Positions 8,407 through 16,387 of a stretch of 64,000 nt of DNA are shown here, in pieces. The stretch lies in NCBI GenBank assembly GCA_003050645.1, contig PEBX01000006.1, forward strand, positions 4,015 through 68,014, read 5' to 3'. Numbering within the stretch: position 1 is the stretch's first letter; each line of letters opens with the position of its first letter. Source of the stretch: Candidatus Carbonibacillus altaicus. Lineage in GTDB: Bacteria; Bacillota; Bacilli; Thermicanales; DSM-22653. The position numbers were made by a program, and so were the translations under genes. The notes beneath the pieces are model-generated. The model ran no database searches, was not told the DNA's origin, and saw nothing but the letters and a program-made list of their open reading frames with translations.

Positions 8407-8478
8407 AGATAAAGATGAAAAGAGGTAAAGATGAAAAGAGGTAAAGATGAAAAGAGGTAAATGATGAAAAGAGGTAAG
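8398..8478. repeat. Tandem repeat, 16-bp unit x~5 (AAGAGGTAAAGATGAA)
   Basis: Read directly. The first unit contains the last codons and stop of the 7531-8406 CDS. Two further ~20-bp related units (CTATAAAGGTAATAGATTTT and CTATAAAGGCTATTGATTTT) follow at 8481-8528. Confidence 0.9.
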
Positions 8479-8547
8479 GTCTATAAAGGTAATAGATTTT
8501 GACAAGACCTATAAAGGCTATTGATTTTATTATATGTTATTATGTAT

Positions 8548-8580
8548 AAAAACAAAAAGCCCGCCGGTTGTTCGGCGGGC
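8548..8580 (-). terminator. Rho-independent terminator (minus strand)
   Basis: GC-rich stem GCCCGCCG (8559-8566) pairs with CGGCGGGC (8573-8580). On the minus strand it is followed by TTTTTGTT (complement of 8551-8558). It lies 40 nt downstream of the small ORF 8621-8719. Confidence 0.75.
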
Positions 8581-8620
8581 AAATGATTGTCTGAAAAGAA
8601 TAAGAAGGATCTTGTTGAAA

Positions 8621-8719
8621 TTATAAATTCCATGTTTTGTCTTCATTATAACCGGCAGTCAAAATAAAGAAGATGAGCGATGCCAGGATCGCAACAATAA
8701 TGAGTGTTTTAAAAATCAT
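8621..8719 (-). CDS. Small hydrophobic peptide, 32 aa (MIFKTLIIVAILASLIFFILTAGYNEDKTWNL)
   Basis: An ATG is preceded by AAGGAGG (complement of 8731-8737, 11-nt spacing). The peptide has a single predicted TM helix and is followed by a strong terminator. The listed 75-aa ORF (8621-8848) contains it, but its upstream part has no RBS. Confidence 0.45.
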   Translation of the reverse strand: MIFKTLIIVAILASLIFFILTAGYNEDKTWNL

Positions 8720-8804
8720 TGATCGACTCGCCTCCTTGGTTACGCGGCACATCGTCATACTGCACGGTGCCTGACATGAATGTGCTTCATATTTTTGTTT
8801 TGCA

Positions 8805-8914
8805 CACACCTGTGCTGCGCAGGAGTATGCTGTCACACCAGTTCTCATTACACCTCACCTATCAAAGGCATACCTGTTCAGCATACTTCTGTGCTGCGCA
8901 CACTTGTGCTGCGC
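8805..8914. repeat. Three dispersed copies of CAC(A)C(C/T)TGTGCTGCGC
   Basis: TGTGCTGCGC occurs at 8811-8820, 8890-8899 and 8905-8914, in the spacer upstream of prkA. Confidence 0.8.
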
Positions 8915-9016
8915 TTCGCGTTAACTTTATTGTACCTGAAAAATGCCTATTTGCCAAATCATGAACAAAAGAAAAGATAAATGGGCAAAAAATTCAAACA
9001 CAATTGCTCCGCTTTA

Positions 9017-9025
9017 TGCTATAAT
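9017..9025 (+). promoter_or_regulatory. Extended -10 promoter-like element (TGCTATAAT) upstream of prkA
   Basis: TGC + TATAAT at 9017-9025, about 95 nt upstream of the prkA ATG. No good -35 is present. This is a pattern match only. Confidence 0.3.
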
Positions 9026-9121
9026 CAAGTTAGCCCCGAGTCGCCGTTTGCTCATGCTTCGCGCATCTGTCGCATAAGTTTTTTTAAGCGATCAAATCTC
9101 GAAGACGAGGGGGTAGGATCG

Positions 9122-11032
9122 ATGCGTATGGAACTCGATCGTTTGCTAGGGAGGCTCAGCGCCTATTACGAGCGCGAAGAAAGTTTGCGCTGGGAAGGAT
9201 CGTTTGCGGAATATCTCGAGATCGTTCGCCACTCACCGCACGTCACGCAAAGTGCGCATGCACGTATTTATCAGATGATTGAAGACGCGGGCGTAGAAGA
9301 GGTCGACGGTCAACGCCGCTATTTATTTTTTAAGGACGAAATATTCGGATTAGATGAAGCGTTAGAGACGCTTGTTGAGGAATATTTTCACGCTGCTGCC
9401 CGCAGACTGGACGTTAAAAAACGCATCTTGCTTTTAATGGGACCGGTCTCGGGGGGCAAATCAACGCTGGTGACGATGTTAAAACGGGGGCTGGAAGCGT
9501 ACAGCCGAACGGAACGCGGGGCGCTCTACGGGATCGTCGACTGTCCTATGCACGAAGAGCCCCTCCATATCATTCCGTATGAACTGAGACCGGAGTTTGA
9601 GCAGGCGCTCGGGGTGCGCATCGAAGGGGAGCTCTGTCCGGTCTGTCGTCACAGACTCGACCACGAATACGGCGGGGATATTCACCGTTTTCGCGTAGAG
9701 CGGGTGCTTTTGTCGGAAGCGCAGCGCATCGGTATCGGGACGTTCAGCCCATCGGATCCCAAATCGCAGGATATTGCCGACCTCACCGGAAGCATCGATT
9801 TTTCGACGATCACCGAGTACGGTAGCGAATCGGATCCGCGCGCCTATCGCTTTGATGGTGAACTGAACCGGGCGAACCGCGGGTTGATGGAGTTTCAGGA
9901 AATTTTAAAAAGTGATGAAAAATTTCTTTGGCATCTTCTTTCGCTTACGCAAGAAGGTAATTTTAAGGCCGGTCGGTTTGCCCTGATCAGCGCCGATGAA
10001 CTTATCATCGCCCACACAAATGAAACCGAGTATATGCGTTTTGTCGCCGATCCCAAAAACGAGGCGCTGGCATCACGCATGATCGTCATGCGCATTCCAT
10101 ATACGCTCAAAGTAAACGAGGAGGCGCGCATCTATGAAAAACTCATCCGGCAGTCGGAGTTAAACGATGTGCATATTGCCCCGCATACCTTGCATACGGC
10201 CGCCTTTTTCTCCGTGCTGACGCGCCTTAAACCGAGCAAAAAACAGGGCATCGATCTCGTCAAAAAATTGCGCCTGTACAACGGTGAGACGCTGGAGGGT
10301 TTGTCGGAAAGCGACGTGCGCGAACTTAAAAGCGAATACGATGATGAGGGGATGGACGGAATCGATCCGCGCTATATTATAAACCGTCTCTCCAGTGCAC
10401 TCATTCGTCGCGACGCCTCTTGTATCAACGCGCTCGATGTACTGCGGGCCATCAAAGATGGGCTTGATCAGCATCCGAGCATCAGCAAAGAAGAGCGTGA
10501 ACGGTCTCTTAACTTTATTGCGCTGGCGCGGCAGGAATATGACGAGATCGCAAAAAAAGAAGTGCAAAAAGCATTTGTCTACTCCTATGAAGAATCGGCG
10601 CGCACCCTGTTTAATAACTACCTCGATAACATCGAGGCTTGGTCGCGCAAACAAAAAATTCACGATCCGTTGACCGGGGAAGCGCTCGATCCGGATGAAA
10701 AATTGATGCGTTCGATCGAGGAACAGATCGGCATTTCGGAAAATGCGAAAAAGGCTTTTCGTGAGGAAATTTTAATTCGCCTGTCCACGTATGCGCGCAA
10801 AGGGAAGGCGTTTGAATATCACCATCATGAACCACTCCGTGAGGCAATCGAACGCAAGCTTTTTGCAGATCTCAAAGATATCGTCAAGATCACTACCACC
10901 GCCGTGACCCCGGATGAAGTGCAGTTAAAGAAAATCAATGAGGTTTCGGCGCGCCTCATCGATGAACACGGTTATTGTCCGGTGTGTGCCAATGAACTTC
11001 TGCGTTATGTCGGCAGTCTTTTGAATCGGTGA
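9122..11032 (+). CDS. prkA: PrkA serine protein kinase / AAA-type protein
   Basis: 636 aa with Walker A GPVSGGKSTLV. The N-terminus (EESLRWEGSFAEYLEIV) resembles B. subtilis PrkA. I chose the ATG at 9122 after GAGGGGG. The upstream part of ORF 8981 is non-coding. Confidence 0.9.
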   Translation: MRMELDRLLGRLSAYYEREESLRWEGSFAEYLEIVRHSPHVTQSAHARIYQMIEDAGVEEVDGQRRYLFFKDEIFGLDEALETLVEEYFHAAARRLDVKKRILLLMGPVSGGKSTLVTMLKRGLEAYSRTERGALYGIVDCPMHEEPLHIIPYELRPEFEQALGVRIEGELCPVCRHRLDHEYGGDIHRFRVERVLLSEAQRIGIGTFSPSDPKSQDIADLTGSIDFSTITEYGSESDPRAYRFDGELNRANRGLMEFQEILKSDEKFLWHLLSLTQEGNFKAGRFALISADELIIAHTNETEYMRFVADPKNEALASRMIVMRIPYTLKVNEEARIYEKLIRQSELNDVHIAPHTLHTAAFFSVLTRLKPSKKQGIDLVKKLRLYNGETLEGLSESDVRELKSEYDDEGMDGIDPRYIINRLSSALIRRDASCINALDVLRAIKDGLDQHPSISKEERERSLNFIALARQEYDEIAKKEVQKAFVYSYEESARTLFNNYLDNIEAWSRKQKIHDPLTGEALDPDEKLMRSIEEQIGISENAKKAFREEILIRLSTYARKGKAFEYHHHEPLREAIERKLFADLKDIVKITTTAVTPDEVQLKKINEVSARLIDEHGYCPVCANELLRYVGSLLNR

Positions 11033-11045
11033 GGGGGGAGACCGG

Positions 11046-12194
11046 ATGACCGAGATGAGCATATCGCGTGAAGACTGGTCGCTTCACCGCAAAGGCTATA
11101 CTGATCAGGCGCGGCATCAGGAAAAGATCAAAGAAGCGATCCGGGACCGCCTTCGGGAGCTCATTCATGATGAAAGTGTCATTCTTTCGGACGGGCAGAA
11201 AGTGGTCAAAATTCCTGTGCACGCCTTAGATGAAGTACGTTTTCGTTACAACGAACGAAAACGCGAACACGTCGGGCAAGGGGACGGAGGGTCACGCCCG
11301 GGAGATGTGCTCGGTACGACCGGGGATGAAGACGGTAGCGGGCAGGGAGGCGGACCCGGCGAGTTACCGGGTATGGACATCGAAGAAGTGGCTGTTTCGC
11401 TGGAGGATATTGAAGAAGCGCTCTTTAGGGGCTGGTCGCTTCCTCATCTTGAGCGTAAAGAAGAAGCCAAACAGGAAAGTGAGACCGACGTATTTAATGA
11501 CGTAAGAAAAAAAGGCTTGATGAGCAATCTCGACAAAAAGCGGACGATCTTAAATGCCTTGCGCCGCTCCGCTCATCCGGCAGGGACGCATCGTTTTCAG
11601 ATTTCACCCGACGATCTCCGTTTTAAAACATGGCAGCAGGAAGAACGGGAGGAAATGCAGGCGGTCATTATTGCCATGATGGACACATCCGGTTCGATGG
11701 GCAAGTACGAAAAAGAACTGGCCCGCGCTTTCTTTTTCTGGATGCGCCGCTTTTTAAAACGCTATTACGAACAAGCCGAGATCGTTTATATAGCCCACCA
11801 TACGGAAGCCAAAGAAGTGAGCGAAGAGCATTTTTTTAGCCGTGGAGAAAGCGGCGGGACGGTCGTTTCTTCGGCTTACCGGCTGGCGCTCGAGCTCACT
11901 GAGACGCGCTATTCGCCGCAGCGCTTTAACATCTACCCGTTTCACTTTACCGACGGAGATAATGTCACCCAGGATAACCCGACGGCCCTCAAGCTGTTCA
12001 CTGAGCTCATCGCGCGTTCGAACTTAGCTGGTTATGCGGAAGTCAGTCCGTATGCCCGCAAAAGTTCGCTCTGGCAAACGTTGGAGAAGATTCCCAAAGA
12101 GCGCTTTAAACAAGTCATGGTACGGGATAAGACGGATCTTTTACCAGCGCTCGAGGCGTTTTTCCTGTCTTCCGAAACGCACAAGGTCGGTTAG
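11046..12194 (+). CDS. yhbH: Sporulation protein YhbH (DUF444 / YeaH family)
   Basis: N-terminal SREDWSLHRKG, a Gly/Asp-rich linker, and a C-terminal vWA-like block (IIAMMDTSGSMG). It lies directly downstream of prkA, as in Bacillus. Confidence 0.9.
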   Translation: MTEMSISREDWSLHRKGYTDQARHQEKIKEAIRDRLRELIHDESVILSDGQKVVKIPVHALDEVRFRYNERKREHVGQGDGGSRPGDVLGTTGDEDGSGQGGGPGELPGMDIEEVAVSLEDIEEALFRGWSLPHLERKEEAKQESETDVFNDVRKKGLMSNLDKKRTILNALRRSAHPAGTHRFQISPDDLRFKTWQQEEREEMQAVIIAMMDTSGSMGKYEKELARAFFFWMRRFLKRYYEQAEIVYIAHHTEAKEVSEEHFFSRGESGGTVVSSAYRLALELTETRYSPQRFNIYPFHFTDGDNVTQDNPTALKLFTELIARSNLAGYAEVSPYARKSSLWQTLEKIPKERFKQVMVRDKTDLLPALEAFFLSSETHKVG

Positions 12195-12320
12195 AGGGGG
12201 TACGCGCCCGACGCGCCCGGATGTGCGCATGCAAAAGCGGCGCTCATACGTCTCGAGCGCCAATGATTCACATCATCATAGGACGGGGACATAGGCGTAA
12301 AGACGGAAGGAGGGGGACGG

Positions 12321-13919
12321 TTGCAGCGATACGATGGATCGGAGAGAAGGGCACTGGAGCGAGCGATTGGGGAGATCAGTGAGATCGCCCGCGGATTTGG
12401 GCTCGATTTTTTTCCCATGCGTTATGAGATCGTCCCGGCCGATGTGATGGTTGCCATCGGTTCGTACGGCATGCCGAGTCGTTTTACGCACTGGCATTTT
12501 GGAAAAGCATTTCAACGGATGAAGTTAAGCTATGATCTTGGTCTCAGTAAAATCTATGAACTGGTCATTAACACCGATCCGTGTTATGCCTTTTTATACG
12601 AAGGGAACGCTCTTTTGCAAAATAAACTCATCGTTGCCCATGTCCTGGCGCACAGCGATTTTTTTAAAAACAACGTCTATTTTTCCGGTACCAACCGGCA
12701 GATGATGGAGAGCATGGCCAACAGCGCGGAGCGCATTCGCCATTATGAACGTATTTATGGGATGAAGCAGGTTGAGGCCTTTTTAGACGCAGTGCTTTCC
12801 ATTCAGGAGCACATCGACCCGTACAGCCGTGCCCGGGAAGACGGTTTTGCCTGGGAAGTCGAAGAGCGTCCTTTTGAAGCGACGCTCATTCAGGAAAAGA
12901 GTATTTCTCGGGACGCTCACGATAGTGCTTTGACGTTTGGAAAGTATGCGACGGGGCAGGGAAGTGGACGGTACGCCGATCTTTGGGCGCTTGATGCGCG
13001 CCTCACGGAGGACGAGGGAGGGGCGATGGGCGAAGGCGCTGCACGGCAAGAGGTACGGCCAGGGCGTAATAAGAGCGGCCGCGGAGAGGGTGATGACCGG
13101 GCGAAAGCGGATCGAACGAGTGCTCGGCGCTTCCCACCGGAAGACGAAAAAGACGTGCTTTTGTTCATATTGCGCTACAGTACAGTGCTCGAACCGTGGC
13201 AGCGCGATGTGATGACCATCGTGCACGATGAGATGCGCTATTTCTGGCCGCAGATCGAGACGAAAATTATGAATGAAGGATGGGCGACGTACTGGCACCA
13301 ACGCATTATGCGCGCGCTCGACCTATCGGAAGCGGAGACGATCGAGTACGCTAAGATGAACGCCCAGGTGACGGCACCCTCACGAACGAGCGTGAATCCT
13401 TATTTGCTGGGCTTAAAAATATTCGAAGCGATCGAACAGGCATACGATAACCCGACGGAAGAACAGATGCGTCGCTTTGGCATGAAAAAAGGAGAGGGTC
13501 GGGAAAAAATATTTGAAGTGCGCGAAATCGAAAATGATGTATCGTTTTTAAGGAATTACCTCACGGATGATGTGATCCGTCATCTCGATCTTTATGTGTT
13601 TGCGGAAGAAAAAGACGCCTGGCGCATTACGACCAAAGATATTGAAAAGGTACGCGACGCGCTCATCCGGGCACGAACCAACGGCGGATATCCGACGATC
13701 GTGGTGAGAGATGGTGATTTCGGTCGCCGGGGTGAACTTCTCCTGAGTCATATCTACGATGGTACGGAATTGGACACCCGTTATATTGAAAAAACGCTTC
13801 CTTACGTCCACTATCTTTGGGGACGTCCGGTGCACTTAGAGACGGTCCTGGAAGGGGGGGCGGTGCGTTTTTCGTATAATACAGAGCGGGGTGAGGTGAC
13901 CAAAGAAAAAATCGGGTAA
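12321..13919 (+). CDS. spoVR: Stage V sporulation protein R (SpoVR/YcgB family), with an enlarged central linker
   Basis: Blocks HWHFGK, WQRDVMTIVHDEMRYFWPQIETKIMNEGWATYWH and NGGYPTIVV. At 532 aa it is about 60 aa longer than I remember for B. subtilis SpoVR, because of a charged low-complexity insert. Confidence 0.9.
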   Translation: MQRYDGSERRALERAIGEISEIARGFGLDFFPMRYEIVPADVMVAIGSYGMPSRFTHWHFGKAFQRMKLSYDLGLSKIYELVINTDPCYAFLYEGNALLQNKLIVAHVLAHSDFFKNNVYFSGTNRQMMESMANSAERIRHYERIYGMKQVEAFLDAVLSIQEHIDPYSRAREDGFAWEVEERPFEATLIQEKSISRDAHDSALTFGKYATGQGSGRYADLWALDARLTEDEGGAMGEGAARQEVRPGRNKSGRGEGDDRAKADRTSARRFPPEDEKDVLLFILRYSTVLEPWQRDVMTIVHDEMRYFWPQIETKIMNEGWATYWHQRIMRALDLSEAETIEYAKMNAQVTAPSRTSVNPYLLGLKIFEAIEQAYDNPTEEQMRRFGMKKGEGREKIFEVREIENDVSFLRNYLTDDVIRHLDLYVFAEEKDAWRITTKDIEKVRDALIRARTNGGYPTIVVRDGDFGRRGELLLSHIYDGTELDTRYIEKTLPYVHYLWGRPVHLETVLEGGAVRFSYNTERGEVTKEKIG

Positions 13920-13928
13920 CCGTCGGCG

Positions 13929-13976
13929 ATGACAAACAAGCGTTATGACAAACAAGGGTTATGACACACAACGGTA
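13929..13976. repeat. Tandem repeat, 16-bp unit x3 (ATGACAAACAAGCGTT)
   Basis: Read directly, immediately after the spoVR stop. Confidence 0.9.
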
Positions 13977-14149
13977 CAATGAATGGCTCCTGTAAAGGAC
14001 GACATCGCTGAACGATAAAAAAGCGTTTGCTGATAAAAACGGTGTTTTTACTACTAGAAAAACGGTTTCCCGACACAAAAAACGGATTTTACTGACCAAA
14101 CATTGACCGCTGCCGGTACCGGTACATGTAAAAAAGAGGTTCTACCGTT

Positions 14150-14180
14150 CTGCCGTTCATCCAGTCGGCAGACGTTTTTT
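14150..14180 (+). terminator. Possible rho-independent terminator after spoVR
   Basis: Stem CTGCCG (14150-14155) pairs with CGGCAG (14166-14171), followed by ACGTTTTTT. The stem is short. Confidence 0.45.
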
Positions 14181-14219
14181 ATGTTCTTCTATGCCTTTGA
14201 CTTTTGCGCTTTTTGTCTT

Positions 14220-14248
14220 TTGCAGTGGCCAGACTTTTTTGGTATGAT
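14220..14248 (+). promoter_or_regulatory. SigA-type promoter for gatCAB
   Basis: -35 TTGCAG (14220-14225), a 17-nt spacer ending in TGG, and -10 TATGAT (14243-14248), about 28 nt upstream of the gatC ATG. Confidence 0.5.
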
Positions 14249-14275
14249 GACTCGTGTATAAAGGAGGGACGTGCC

Positions 14276-14569
14276 ATGCAGGTGACACGAGATACCGTCA
14301 AAGAAATCGCCGACTATGCAATGCTTACGTTAAACGAACAGGAACTGGAACACATGGTTCGGGATATGCAAGAAATCGTTTCTTTTGTAGAAAAACTGAA
14401 TGAAGTGCCGACTGATGGTGTCGAGCCGATGATACACCCGGTCAAACTGATGATCGTGATGCATGACGATACGGTCCAGCGTACGGAAGATTTGGATGCT
14501 GTTTTGGGACAGGCCCCGGATAGAAGTGGATCGTATTTCCAAGTTCCGCAGGTGCTCGGCGAATCATAA
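14276..14569 (+). CDS. gatC: Asp-tRNA(Asn)/Glu-tRNA(Gln) amidotransferase subunit C
   Basis: 97 aa with a GatC-like sequence (IADYAMLTLNEQELEHMVRDMQEIVSFVEKLNEV). The ATG at 14276 lies 6 nt after AAAGGAGGGA. Confidence 0.9.
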   Translation: MQVTRDTVKEIADYAMLTLNEQELEHMVRDMQEIVSFVEKLNEVPTDGVEPMIHPVKLMIVMHDDTVQRTEDLDAVLGQAPDRSGSYFQVPQVLGES

Positions 14570-14610
14570 GTTTTTCGTATTAAACCATCCCTTTAGCGTT
14601 ATAAAACCTG

Positions 14611-14700
14611 ACGGATGCTTGGACAAAACATAACGGATGCATGGATCAAGCGTGAGGGATGCGTGGACAAAATACGATGAATGTATCGTTGGAACGAATG
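14611..14700. repeat. Tandem repeat, ~22-bp unit x4, decaying (ACGGATGCTTGGACAAAACATA)
   Basis: Read directly, inside the 200-bp gatC-gatA spacer. Confidence 0.85.
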
Positions 14701-14769
14701 ATGTCGCGTGTACGGCATATAAGGTGGGCATGCGGAAGCGATGTGAGATGGATGGAGGGTACATGAATC

Positions 14770-16263
14770 ATGGGTGAGGCGCTTTATGAAAAATCACTTC
14801 TAGTGTTGCGCAAACTTTTGCAAGATGGGGATCTCACTGTAAGCGAAGTAGTCCAGTCGTACCTTACGCGCGTGCGTACAGTGGAGACGCGGGTAGGAAG
14901 TTTCATTGAGCTGGCCGAAGAAGAGGCGCTTCTTCAAGGTGCGAAGACGCTGGATGAAAGAAGGTCGCGTGGCGAGGGAGACATCTCCCATCATCCTCTG
15001 TATGGGCTTCCGGTCGGCATGAAAGATAACATTGCTGTGCGCGGTATGCGCATGACCAATGCCTCGCGCATGCTCGAACATTACCGGTCACCGTATGATG
15101 CGACGGTCACGACGCGTTTACGTGAAGCGGAAGGGATCATCATGGGAAAATTGAATATGGATGAATTTGCGATGGGCTCTTCTACCGAGACATCGGCGCT
15201 TCAGACGACACGTAACCCCTGGCATACAGATTACGTTCCGGGGGGATCATCGGGTGGTTCGGCGGCGGCGGTTGCTGCCGGAGAAGTCGCCTTTGCGTTT
15301 GGGACGGATTCAGGCGGATCCATTCGCCAGCCTGCTGCCTATACGGGTGTTGTCGGGTTTAAACCGACTTACGGCCGCATTTCACGGTTCGGTGTGGCGG
15401 CCTTTGCGTCATCGTTTGATACGGTCGGCTTTTTAACGCGCGACGCACTCGATGCCGCGTTTATTCTGGACATCTTCTCCGGTTTTGACGAAAAAGACAC
15501 GACGAGTCTCCCTCATGAACCGACAAACGTCTATCACACGTTAAAAGATCGTGATCCAGACACCTTCCTCAAAGGCTTGCGTATTGCGGTTCCGCATGAG
15601 TTTATGGGAGAGGTTATTTCCCCCGAGGTGAAAGCACGTATTGAGGAAGCTTTCCATGTTCTGGAGCAAGCAGGCGCGCATATCGAATATGTCCATTTTC
15701 CGCATATGGCCTATGCCGAACCGGCCTATTATATCTTGACGTCTGCGGAAGCGTCATCGAATATGAGTCGATTTGACGGTGTGCGCTACGGTTACCGGGC
15801 AAAAGACGTCGAAGATATTGAAACGATGTTTAAAAAAACGCGGAGCGAAGGCTTAGGTTGGGAAGTCAAACGCCGCATTTTGCTGGGCACGTTCAGTCTA
15901 AGCGCCGGTCATTACGAAGCGTTTTATCAAAAGGCGCAAAAGGTTCGCACGTTGATTCATGAGGACTTTGCACGGTTGTTTGCTGATTATGATGTCGTCC
16001 TCGGCCCGACCACCCCGACAGCGGCCTTTAAATTCGGGGAACGTCTGAGCGACCCGCTTAAAATGTACGAGAGCGATCTGTTAACGGTCATCGCAAACCT
16101 GGCGGGACTTCCGGCGATTAGCGTCCCGGCTGGTTTTACGTCCGCCGGACTTCCGGTGGGTCTGCAGATCATGGGCCCGATGCTCGGCGAGGAAGAGGTG
16201 CTCGGTGTGGCGCATGCCTACCAGACATTGACCGAACATCATCTGGCGCGTCCGACGCTATAA
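14770..16263 (+). CDS. gatA: Glutamyl-tRNA(Gln) amidotransferase subunit A
   Basis: Amidase signature GGSSGGSAAAVAAG...GTDSGGSIRQPA. 497 aa. Confidence 0.92.
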   Translation: MGEALYEKSLLVLRKLLQDGDLTVSEVVQSYLTRVRTVETRVGSFIELAEEEALLQGAKTLDERRSRGEGDISHHPLYGLPVGMKDNIAVRGMRMTNASRMLEHYRSPYDATVTTRLREAEGIIMGKLNMDEFAMGSSTETSALQTTRNPWHTDYVPGGSSGGSAAAVAAGEVAFAFGTDSGGSIRQPAAYTGVVGFKPTYGRISRFGVAAFASSFDTVGFLTRDALDAAFILDIFSGFDEKDTTSLPHEPTNVYHTLKDRDPDTFLKGLRIAVPHEFMGEVISPEVKARIEEAFHVLEQAGAHIEYVHFPHMAYAEPAYYILTSAEASSNMSRFDGVRYGYRAKDVEDIETMFKKTRSEGLGWEVKRRILLGTFSLSAGHYEAFYQKAQKVRTLIHEDFARLFADYDVVLGPTTPTAAFKFGERLSDPLKMYESDLLTVIANLAGLPAISVPAGFTSAGLPVGLQIMGPMLGEEEVLGVAHAYQTLTEHHLARPTL

Positions 16264-16387
16264 ACGATGTTTTGAAATGAGCGCTTTCGTCGGAACGATA
16301 GTTTTCCGTGAGATTGAAATTGGTCGCGGGAAGTTGTGCGTCACTTTTATTTTAAACGACGTTCTGCCGTTATGTTGAAAAGGAGGG

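Noticed and set aside
8981-9121. N-terminal extensions suggested by the maximal ORFs (prkA from 8981, livF from 1959, gatC from 14204, nfo from 37950, DUF420 from 43947, crcB2 from 37315, TPR from 34834)
   Set aside because: In each case an internal start with a good Shine-Dalgarno sequence coincides with where family homology begins. The upstream part is non-homologous or overlaps the preceding gene.
14564-14764. 66-aa minus-strand ORF in the gatC-gatA spacer
   Set aside because: It is composed largely of the 22-bp tandem array read in one frame. It has no RBS and is oriented against the operon.
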